DNA from: Veleropilina oligotropha
Lineage: Eukaryota
Reading direction: 5' to 3'
Assembly: GCA_048128005.1 (NCBI GenBank)
Contig: JBEUKZ010000100.1
Location: forward strand, 124,001-188,000
Length of the DNA: 64,000 bases
Positions within the stretch are counted from its first letter, which is position 1; each line of letters begins with the position of its first letter. Positions 13,401 through 25,400 of the stretch are shown here, piece by piece. The position numbers were made by a program, and so were the translations under genes. The notes below the pieces were generated by a model. That model saw nothing but the letters and a program-made list of their open reading frames with translations, was not told the origin of the DNA and ran no database searches.

Positions 13401-16400
13401 CCTTGTCGGTCCAGTTAGCGTCCGCTATTAGACGTCTGTCAAATAACGCTTATCCTGAAATACCATTTGAACTACGGGAGGATTTGGCGAAAGAACACTT
13501 TATTGATGCGATATCGCATGTAGAGTTACGCCGACAGGTTCGTCGACGACGATCTCAAACTTTCGCGGAAACGATTAAGGTTGCGTTGGAAGAGGAATCG
13601 TTTTTGAAAGTGGACGGCGAGAGTTTTCAAACAGACTCGACTACCGATACGGAGCGTTATCTCCGAGGTGAACTTCGCGGAATGCAAAATAGATTTCAAT
13701 CATTGGATCGCTCTTTGCAAACCCTAAATGATCGTCTTAGCAGACAGGAAGGTCTGCGAAACCCGAATATACAGCCCGATATGTCGCAAGGTCGCGATAG
13801 ACATTTTTCTAATCTAAATCGACCCGAGAACTCTAATCGAGGCTATCCAAATGCTAGAGTGAATGATAGAGTACATGGTAGAGGTCAATCGTTAAATTAG
13901 GTCAGACTGAGGATGGGACCGATTGTCAGTCTGAAAAATCCGAGGTCCCTTTGAAAAATAACTCTTGGGCTTTGTTTCTGCCGGTCGTAATAAATAAGGT
14001 AAAAATAAATTTTTTGATCGATTCTGGATCGGATGCAACGTTAATCGATAAGCAATTGGCGAGCGAACTGATATCGTTGTCAGAGCTCGATACTTATGAA
14101 CAAACGTTAGCTAGTGCCACTTCTCAACCGATTCCAGTTTTTGGAACATCCAAGTTAAAATTTAATATTGGAAAGAAATTTGTTGATCACAGAGTCGTAA
14201 TAGCAGATATCACCCCAAATGCTATATTAGGAATGGATTTCCTTACTCTCAACAATTGCCTTATTAATGCAGGTAATAAAACTTTAACGATTCAAGGGAA
14301 ATCTTATCCTTTAGTTACCTCCGGCTTGAATCAAGTTTCACGGGTAGCATTAATCGAACATGTCGTTGTGCCTCCCCTTTCCGAGATGGTGGTTATGGGT
14401 AAAGTAAACAGACTTGACGTCACAGGGCAATTAATGGTAGAACAAGCGAAAAACTTTATAAATAAACAACAAAAAATTAAAGTCGCCCGTGCGTTAGTAG
14501 ATGTCACATCTTCGCACCGTGTTCCAGTTCGCCTAATAAATTGTGACACCGAGGCAAAAGTCTTAAAGCGTGGCACGGTGATGGCCACAGTACAAACAAT
14601 TAAAATCATCGATGATACTTTCGGTAATCCGGATGATCAACCCGACTGTAGCGATTCGCTTTTGAATAAATTAATATCCGATACTAAAGAGAATACCGCG
14701 TCGGAGTATCACGATCAAATTACCGAGTTGATCATGAAACATCAAAACGCTTTCATTAAGGAAGATGGATTGTTAGGTCGTACAGACTTAGTGAAACACA
14801 AAATCGATACTGGGGATGCCCATCCGATTAAACAGAGAGCGTATAGAGTACCTTTTCATAAAAAATCCGAAGCGGATAAACAAATTGAGGATATGTTAAA
14901 ACAAGATATTATTCGACCTTCGAGTAGTCCGTGGTCTAGTCCTTTTTTTTTGGTTTCCAAAAAAGACGGAAGTTTAAGATTCTGCGTAGACTACCGAAAG
15001 CTTAATCTTGTTACAAAAAAGGATGCGTATCCAATCCCGAATATTCACCAAAGCCTAGAAGCCATGTCGGGCGCCAAATGGTTTTCTACATTAGATCTTG
15101 CTAGCGGTTATTGGCAATTAGAGGTCGATCCTAAGGACAGAGAGAAAACGGCTTTTGTTACCGGAAGTGGGCTTTATGAGTTTAACGTATTGCCTTTTGG
15201 TTTATGTAATTCTCCGAGCACATTTGAGCGTACCTTAGAAACCGTATTACGCGGGTTACATTGGAAAACCTGTTTGATTTATATCGATGATATCATTATT
15301 TTCTCTTCTACTTTTGACGACCATGTAGAGCGTTTGACAGAAGTTTTTCAGCGCTTGACTAATGTTAATTTGAAGTTAAAACCGCAGAAATGTCATTTGT
15401 TCCGACATCACGTGTCGTTTTTGGGACATGTAGTTTCAGATAAAGGCATACAAACAGATAATGAGAAAATTGCAAAAGTTAAGAACTGGCCAGATCTAAA
15501 GAATGTGTCGGAAGTAAGAGGATTTTTAGGCCTTGCGTCTTATTATCGTAGGTTTGTAAAAGATTTTTCTCAACACGCAGAGCCTTTAATTCAGTTGACG
15601 AAGAAAGGTGTTCCTTTCTGTTGGAAAGAACTCAAATACGAACGTTTAATTTCTTGAAAACAAAGTTAACTGAAGCTCCTATTTTAGTCTATCCAGACTT
15701 TACCAAAGAGTTTATTTTAGACACGGACGCAAGCGATTTCGGTATAGGCGCGGTTTTGTCTCAACTGCAAGATGGGACAGAGAAAGTGGTCGCTTACTTT
15801 AGTACAACTTTATCAGACACCGAAAAACGATACAGCGTGACTCGGAGAGAGCTTTTAGCTGTCGTTGCATCGTTAAAACATTTTAAACATTTCTTGATCG
15901 GGAAACCTTTCTTGTTGAGGACCGATCATGCTTCTCTTAAGTGGCTCTTTAATTTTAAAGAACCTATCGGACAAGTCGCTCGATGGATAGAGTATATTAG
16001 TAGCTTCGATGTGCATATCGAACATAGACCGGGTAAATTACATTGTAATGCAGATGCATTGTCCAGATACCCTTTGAGGATTAATGTTATTCATTGTACG
16101 AGCGATTTAGATTCCGCAGAAATAGTCAACGCGCAGAACGAAGATCCTGTCATTTCTAAACTAATCGGATTTTTAAATTCTAGTGCAACTTCGCCTTCGT
16201 ACGAACAGATTAGCGGAGAAGCGGCGGATTTGAAAGTGTGGCGAAATCAATGGGACCAATTAACTGTGAGAAATAAAATCTTGTATCGAAAATGGTATTT
16301 ATCCAGCACGGATGAAATTAAATTGCTATTGGTCATTCCGCAGAAGCTTAAATCTAATGTTTTGAAGATGGCTCACGATTCGCCGTCTGGTGGTCACCTA

Positions 16401-19400
16401 GCGGTTAGAAAAACGCTTTTCAAGGTTAGACAAAATTACTTTTGGATTGGTTTAAAAAGAGATGTTAACAATTGGGTGCGTAGTTGTAAATCGTGTCAAA
16501 TGCGCAAAAATCCTCCACGAACGAGTAGGGCACCGTTAGGCCTTTGTTCCGTGGGAGAACCGTTAGAACGCGTTGCGATCGATATCTTAGGTCCTTTACC
16601 AGAGTCCGAGAACGGAAATAAATATGTGCTTGTGATTTCTGATTATTTCACAAAATGGGTAGAGGCGTATGCTTTACCAAATCAGGAAGCGAAAACTGTG
16701 GCTAGAGTGTTAATAGATAACTTCATTTCGCGTTTTGGTGTGCCAATGTCTCTCCATTCAGATCAGGGGAGTAATTTCGAATCGATACTTTTTGAAGAGT
16801 TTTGTCGAGTGTTGGGCATTTATAAAACTCGAACTTCTGGATATCACCCAGTCTGATGGCTTGGTTGAGCGATTTAACAAAACTCTCGCGGAAATGTTAA
16901 GTTCGTATGTAAATGATAACCAAAATGATTGGGATTTGTATTTATCGTTGGTCATGATGGCGTATCGGTCTAGCATACAAGAAACAACTAAATTTACGCC
17001 AAACCTATTAATGTTGGGCCGAGAGATAAATATACCTTTGTCTTTTATGTACGATTCGCCTCCCTCTGACCGTAAGAGTTATTCTGCGTATGTAGAGACT
17101 CTTCAAAAAAATTCCGAGAACGTATTTTATCATGTTCGCGAAAACATCCAGGCACAACAAAGGCGGATGCAAATAAATTATGATTATAAGAAATTTGGCC
17201 AAGCTTATTCAGTTGACCAAAAAGTGTGGTTATTCATTCCATATCGAAAACCAGGTCGAACCAGAAAAGTGACGAAATTTTGGCACGGTCCTTATAAGAT
17301 AGTGGCAAAATTGTCGGACATGAATTATGTGATCAGTAAACCATCTTCCTCCATTCAGAAGGTGGTGCATTTTAACAGATTGAAGCCTTGCCATGAGAGA
17401 GTAGGTTTTGAGACAGATGAAGATGAGACGGGTGAAGACGTTCTGGCATCCAATAATGATTTAAATGAAAATATGTTACTTGAAAGTTGTGACGACGAGA
17501 GTAGTGATATAGATTTACCAATGACGTCACACGGACGAGCTCGAAGGGCGCCAGTTTGGATGCGCACTGGAGATTATATATTTTAATTATGCGTGTTACT
17601 TCACAGACTGGTAAATTAAGGTTATTATAAGTGATTATTGTATATGTGGATGTTGTTCTGGATTTTGTATTGAGAATCTCGTTTCTTTTAAATTTGAATT
17701 ACTATTATGTAAGCGTTTGATAGTTATGGTTTGATGGTTGACCTTGAGGTTAACGAAAAGTAGAGATTCGTTGTCTCACTGAATTTTAAAAATCTATTTA
17801 CGACTCCGAAGTTGAACTGTTATTACATTGTCAACTGTAGATATGTAGACGGTGGTGGGAGATTCTGTTAGAATCTCTAGTATTTTAAAATCTATTTACG
17901 ACTCCGAATTTGAATTGTGGTAATATTGTAGACGGTGGTGGGAGATTCTGTTAGAATCTCTATTATTTTAAAATCTATTTACGACTCCGAAGTTGAACTG
18001 TTATTACATTGTCAACTGTAGATATGTAGACGGTGGTGAGAGATTCTGTTAGAATCTCTAGTATTTTAAAATCTATTTACGACTCCGAATTTGAATTGTG
18101 ATAATATTGTAGATTGTAGCGGGAGATTGTTTGAATCTCTAGTATTTTAAAATCTATTTACGACTCCGAATTTGAATTGTGATAATATTTCAGATTGTAG
18201 CGGGAGATTGTTTGAATCTCGAGTATTTTAAAATCTATTTACGACTCCGAAATTGAACTGTTATTCTAATGTACTTGTAGATAGTTAGGTAAATGAAGAT
18301 TCTGTATTTGGAATCTCGCTTCTTGTAGTTTATATTGAAGACTCAAATGTTGTAGGTCGTTGGTAATGTGGGTTTTGAGAGGAAGTAATACCGACAGTTA
18401 GTAAACTGTTTTTCTCAAACCGAGTTTTGATAAATGAAATTAGTAGACAAAATGAATTTTGGGCTGTTATGTATGACCGCGTGCGACCATTGTGCATGCG
18501 TGGGAGTTTGGTTCATGGGACGTTCGCCATGTTTTGTAGGGTTGAACATTTACTAGACGTATATATTGTAGGAATATTCAGTTGAGTAGTTATGAAGTTA
18601 TTAATGTTCGTTATTTATGTGTTCTATAATTATGTAAACGGTCTGTGAAGTAATTTTCCATAATTAAAAGGGACAGATTCGGTAATTTAATTACGATAAT
18701 AGTAGATAAATGGGAGAGCGATATTTGTTTTATGTTATACGTTGCATGTTTATATGTAGCATGAAAACTAATATATTTGTTTATTGTAACCTTATTGCAT
18801 AGTAATTATTATAGCGTATTGACGTGTACCGATGATTCATGTTTCGTCAAAGTAAAGCTTCGGGACGAAGCTTGTCAAGGAAGGGGGCTGTGTCGCGATT
18901 TTATGTTTCGACACCCTTAAATATATGTATGTATTTGTATGGCCTTAAGCGCCTTCCGTACACTGTTGTGAATTGTGAATCGGTTAAATGAAATTGACAT
19001 TGTAGTCACCTGATATTAAACGGTCAAATCGTGCGGTTCCGCAAACAACGTTTGCCTTTTGTTATGCAAAATTATTCCCTATATAACACTATGCTGGAAG
19101 TGAAATCTCTCTTTTTCCTTGTGTCTCGACACACGTGTTGTTCCTGTCCGACGCCTCGCAAGGGAGGGCTTTTGTCTCGTATGTTTGTTGGCCATGTAAG
19201 TTGAGTGAATCCGATGTAACGTCTTTTGTTGTATTTCTGTTCCTATCCGCCGTAAATTTCGATCATGTAAGTTAACTTTTTACTAGTTGGCAAACGAATC
19301 TTTATAAACATGACTTTTAATTACTAACATTCTCTTGAATTTAATATCTAACGTATTTAATCGCTAGCATTAGTTTAAAATATGTTGTTTAGAAATATCA

Positions 19401-22400
19401 TAATATTATATAGTCTCTTGTTTCGTGATGTGAATTATCCTGAGAAAGTTACGGAACCTCCGCGAGGACCTTATGCGGAACGACGTTTCGTGTTGTTCGT
19501 GAAGTGCTATTACCAGCTATTAAGAACATTATTGAAGTATTCGCATCGTACTCGTTCAAGGTTGAAGTTGGATCTCTGCGAGAAGATTGTATTTCCTGTG
19601 CATTTGCGATAAATTATGTTAGTATAAATTCTGTTAGTTTTGTACATTATTGAAATGGTTCACTGATACTTTATCTTTAACGCATTGTGACAACATTTTC
19701 GTTTAGTGAGATAACTTGTTTCAGTTTTATTGGTAACGCTATTTACTTTCTTGCGATGAGTTAATTTAATTGTAAACGATAGAGTTAATTCATGAGTGCG
19801 TTTTGCTCATTTCTGTTTGTATTCATCACGCGGGGATGTATTATTTAATATTTATGATATGACGGCTCTGGTTATATTTTAAAGGATCTTGTGATCACGG
19901 TGCGTTTGAGGACATGAACGCTATATTCTGAGGAGTCGCTGTACCATTTCGATGCTAAATACGCGAGATTTGCAATATCAGCTTTTCCCTTTTTGGGTTG
20001 GTTCTAACAACCTATAGGACCGGAAGTAGAACGGTCGTTGTTGGACAACGTTGGTGTCTTGTAGTGAATCCGCTGACGGGTAGTTTTGCTGCAGGTACTT
20101 GTTGTCGTGGTTGAAGATTATGATGCAAGATTTACGGCATTTATATACTGCCGACTGTTGTGGAGATATAACCTCACTGTTATGCCGGAGTCGTATTTGT
20201 TTAATTATTTTATGTCGAGTAATAACTACATTTTTCTCCCCGTGTTATTTATTAAGATTATTCGGAAGTTTACTCGCTAATCGATTTCAGGTCACAAAGC
20301 GTTTACAAAACTTTACCATGTCAGTTTCACCTTTATTAAATCCGCTCTTATTGTGTATGAACAATCAAGAAATAGCCGGTAACGCATATCGATGTATAGC
20401 TGTGGGATAGTGTCTTATGTCTGTATTATAGGAATGGTTAATAAATAAATATATTAGTTTTTATTACATGTTGTTTTCATTCGAACAGAGAACTCAACTA
20501 CACGATTTCCTTCATAATTGGGTTGAGTTTTTCTCTGGTATTGTCTGTCACGGTTGAGACGGCCGTTTTAAACACGCGATATATTTTCGTAGGGGCCTGC
20601 GTCGCGTCGTTTTCATATTTGATCTGGACTGAGCGTGTTTATGCATTATGGTGGTGGCAGTTAAATATATAAATTTTCTATGATGCAGCGGCTCCTCTTT
20701 CCAGGTCATTGTGTAAACGTTTACCATCGCTATTCGAAGGGACGTGCCATCGGTTGGTGCTATGTGACTCTGGTGAAACCAGTTTGCCTTGACGTGGTCT
20801 ACGTGATCGACAATTGAGGCCCGCTACTGTTCCATCTGTCGAGTTGTCGGTCACGTGAGACTACAATGTGCGCGTGATTGCGTAATCGCGTGTTGGTTGA
20901 GTTTGACTTGACTATGGTGCTGCTTGAGGCTACGGTGGTCCGTTGGTTTGTTGGTTGACCGCTCGATTCGCGAAAGTTAGTGGCAACCCTTGTCACTTGT
21001 TTGTGTTTCAACGTTCGGTCCGCCAGTGTTGGTGGAGTTCATTGACTGTTTAGTGTCAGCAGTTTGGTTGGTCCTTGGGGACGCCGCTCGGTCCGCCACA
21101 ACTGTACAACCATATATAGGCCAACAGCAACTTTTAACCATCGTTTCAACTTTCAAGCTGTATTATCTCTACTACAAGTAATTCGGTTTTTCCCCCAAAT
21201 AGCTCTGTCGCCTCGTTGCCAGCGAGTGTCCGAAAGAATGACAGGACATGAACTTCCTGTCAAAACACGTGGTCTTAGACGACATGCTTGTCCTAGTTCG
21301 AAAACCGTGAAAAATGGCCAGGGAGAATTAATTTTATGAATAATCCTTCACAGTGATATAGTAAATAAATGATGACTAAAAATATAAAAAATTTGTATCC
21401 ATAATATATAATTTGTTAATTATTGTCAATACAATGTATTATTTGAGAATGGTGACAAATATTTTTACATTTAATATTTAAAAAAAAATATTTGTTTGGT
21501 TTGATTATTTATTGATAGGTCCAAACAGCACATTTAATATTTTGTTCATGACGCCAAAATATTTATTTTGAGTAAACATTTCGAAACAATAAATATATTT
21601 CACCCTAAATAATAATTAAAAAAATTAAACGCAGACAAAGAGATGACGTACGTCACTTCTTTCTATAAAAATTGTCACTTCTCTCTGTTGTCTCTCAAAA
21701 GAGAAGTCGCTTCTCTCTGTCAATTGTATCAATGGTGAAACCTGATGCCCCCTAAACTTCGTTTGTGGGGGTATAATTACCAATTAATTAATTATTATTG
21801 AAACTTGAACGTACTTGTACACTCGTCCATCAGGAGATCTCGCCATCAGGGAGACCTCTCCATCAGGGAGATCTCTCCATCAGTGAGATCTCTCCATCAG
21901 GGAGATCTCTCCATCAGGGAGATCTCTCCATCAGGGAGCCATCAGGGAGATCTCTCCATCAGGGAGATCTCTACTGTTATGAAACCAAATATGGCAGATT
22001 GTCATATCATATTTCCAACGAAAGTTTAACTTAATTTTCGCTCATGTTTCAAATCTTTATTTGGTTTAAATATATATAGTTATTAACGATGCAATGCAAT
22101 TTGAGAAGCAGGCATATTAATGATAACCAGGCATATTAATTCCCAATTTAACTTTCAACAACTTGTTCATCTGAAGTATTGTGGTTAAAAAAACATCCAT
22201 TGAGAGGAGCATAACATTCCATAAAATAATCAACCGAAAACTGTATTAAGAGATCTTATCACAAAACAAGATAAATTTCTTTCAAAAGAAATATGTCTAG
22301 ACATTATCATCATATGATACTACCAGCGATAATCCGATGAGCACACGTGTTCTTGGTAGCCTACCTCGTTTGTTCTTCTTCCTTTTGCCTTTGTGCTTTT

Positions 22401-25400
22401 CCTTCACAGACTTCTGAACCTCCGCCTTATCCGAGCTGCAGTCGATGACATCAGAGATCGTGTCGCACACTGCATCCCGCCCCGCCACGCACTGGCAGAA
22501 CACGCTGGCAGGCGTCGCCTCCACTGATGGGCAGTATCCGTTAAACAGAGAATCCTCGGTCTGCACTCTGCAAAGAGGAAGTGACATCATTAGCACGAAA
22601 CCATGCAGTTATGCAGACTTTAAAACTGTCAAGCTTACTAGCTAAACTATGTTAACAGAAAATAGTAACTAGAAATACTTTAAGTAAATTACAGTTGCTT
22701 CCAAGATCGTCTTCCCATAAGCTTACCTCCAGCTCTCCGAATACGAATTTCTATGGCGGCCTGTTCCTATAAATAGACTCCCATCACGCTTTTTGAACTC
22801 ATTTTCCACATTGTCATCGTAACTGCCACAAAGACCTGAAATTAGGTTACATTTTTAATACTTTGTATAGACATGACAGAATTAAGTTATTCAAATATAT
22901 ATTAACATAGTTTTATGTAAAACCAATGGAGAAAATAAAAAATTTCAGTGGATATTCTTAATGTGATATTGTAGCGTTTTACTGTTCTTTCGCTGTCCAG
23001 ATCAACCATCATATGAAGTAACCTTCAAAATAATTAATAGTTGTATATACATATGCACTAACATGCAGTGCAATACAAATTTCTTTCGCCATACTGTATC
23101 ATTGAAAAATCTATATCAACAGGATTCAAAATACATACCAATTGTGTTCTGGTAGTCTACACTCGACGCAGTATACCAGACATTGATGAAATGACCATAA
23201 CTTCGCTTATTTGCCTTCAACCGAATTACTCCTCCTGTCGGCAAATGGACCTAAGGAAGATGTGCGTCATTTGAAATTAAAAGTTCATTCAAATGGACCT
23301 TAATGACATTTATATTTATATATACCCACAATGGTCAATAATGGACTAACATGTCCAATTACATTAATATGAATTTTACTCTGATTGGGTGAGCCATGCT
23401 TTCTTACCTCTGCAGACAGAGTCGCGGTGAGATTCGTTGAATGCTCAGCTGGCAATCAATATGGCATCAACAATAACAATATTTAATAATTTCTTTTTAA
23501 ATTTAGAAATACATGTATTAGACTATCAACAACTAATTTCATTTTTGAAACTGCATTCCCTGTAGTCACTGCAACGTTAGATGGCGACGCTCCTAAATTA
23601 AAATAATGATATGCAAGTTCAAAGGGTTAACTAATATGCACCACATGGACTATGATGCAAAATTGATTAAAACTTGACGTTTCACTACAAACTGAATAAT
23701 GCCATTTTTACAATAATGTACTTTCATTAACTAAGCTGTTATATGCAGCATATATTCCCAACATGTACTATCAGAGATTTGAGTGAGACGTGGAGTGTTA
23801 CCTTGTACTCTTTGCCTTTGTGCCGCTGTGTTATCGCTGTGCCCGGTGTAAGTTCGCCATTCAGATAGAGTTTGTATCTCAACGGACGCTTCTTCTGCGA
23901 CTCATCAGGTGTTGCACCGCATTGATCGAACACGATCACGTCGTCCCCAGACCGAATAGCCACAGCACAGTTACAGGAGGCAATCTTTTTACCGCATGGT
24001 CGAAAGAATATATGAATCTGAAATACATAAAAATCAAGAATATTTAACACAAATATGATAATAAAATAAACACAATAAACAACAAAAAATTTACATAATT
24101 ATGCACATGTATACATACTCAGAACATGAATAAACAAATGTATACATACTCTGTCATAGATATGCAAACATGCATCACATAAAATTGTGTCCATAGAAAC
24201 AATGAAATGCAAACTCTCTTCATATATATACGGGCCGCTTCAGTAGCGCAGTGGGTAGAGTGTCCACTCTAAATTCACTGGCTTGTTTCCGCTGATGCGA
24301 ACAGTAGTGGGATCGACCCCCGGCTGAGGCAGCACACATTTGTTCAAGTTATGAAGCACAGTTGTCCGTGACTGGCCGAAGAGGGCGGGTTTACCCGGCG
24401 ACCGGGGTTTCCTCCCGCGATAACACGGACATGTCCTGCCTTGAACCTCGATGTTATAAAAATACATAACATTAAGCATAATTCCTCCTCCTCCTCCTCA
24501 TATATATACATTTAGGTAAATTCAACATTGTCTTCATAACAACAATATGTAGCATTTTGTGACGTGTATGATATTCAATGTCCGATTAAAACCAGAAGAT
24601 AAAGCCATCAATATTCCAAGCAGGAGTACATTTCTAACTACTCTATGTTAGCAAAGATAATTGGAACAAATTCGAAACAAGGGTAAAAACTTTGTCAATA
24701 TTCGTGACTCAATGTTAAATTTGCAAGAGGAAATTTTTTTTAACTACTCAATCCTAGCATCATTTCAAAAAAGACTTGTCATTGTTACCAGGTAACTGAT
24801 GATGAATTGATGTTTAACGACCACGCCAAAATATTTCAGTCATAAATACGGCCAATCAACTTCGAATGATGAAATGAATTGGTGCTGTGTGCAATGGAGG
24901 CAGCGATCATGAGAATAATGCCTACACTCCGTGGGTTTTGTCAAAGACCATGCATGCTGCCCCCATATTGTTACGTAGTATATGGAAAACTAGAAATGTG
25001 TCTACACTGCAGATGCTCTGGTATATGTTCAAAGCCATTGATGCTTCATCACTATATCTGTTCTTAAACATTATACAAGGAAAAGATGATGTCGTTGTTC
25101 TATCATTCTGCTGACTGTAAGTATAAAGTGCACAAAGCATTTGCACATGCATCCCCAAACTTTCGAAGCCTTGTTAATTCAAGATACTGATTCCGCTTCA
25201 CCCAGCCGATCCGAGATCTAAATGGGTACCTGGTTGGCAGTGGCAGAATATGTCAGAATGACTGGTCAAGCGCCTAACAGGCATGTACTTGGCCGTAATC
25301 CTCTCAGAGAGAGTTGAGAAGGAATATTGAATGAACAGGCCAATAACCAGGGAATAATAATATGTGTGGGAAAGCGCAGATAAATCTAAAGAAGATGGCT

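Larger units (their letters stand above)
9937..21100 (+). mobile_element. Full-length Ty3/Gypsy LTR retrotransposon (11.16 kb), antisense in the host intron
   Basis: Paired TG...CA LTRs, 4-bp TSD ACTG (9933-9936, 21101-21104), PBS, PPT, gag and PR-RT-RH-IN order. Confidence 0.97.
5262..21744. mobile_element. hAT-like (hAT5-type) non-autonomous DNA transposon, inflated by nested elements
   Basis: TIRs CAGGGTTCACCA / TGGTGAAACCTG; 5-bp TSD ATGCC (5257-5261, 21745-21749). Confidence 0.8.
4897..21776 (+). mobile_element. Helentron/HINE-like non-autonomous element split by nested insertions (4897-5261 plus 21745-21776)
   Basis: Same head (aactagag.tatcacaggagtgatca) and tail (gacag microsatellite, tcctatatgccccc-aaacttcgttt-gtgggg hairpin) as intact copies at 39764 and 56410; the tail resumes at 21745. 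Confidence 0.8.

Noticed and set aside
17762..18320. CRISPR array
   Set aside because: Eukaryotic retroelement context, no cas genes, and the intervening segments are related to each other rather than unique
17590..18880. env or accessory ORF in the Gypsy element
   Set aside because: No ORF of 60 aa or more in the track for this interval
24232..24330. tRNA gene
   Set aside because: No complete cloverleaf; continues into a SINE body, (CCT)n tail and TSD
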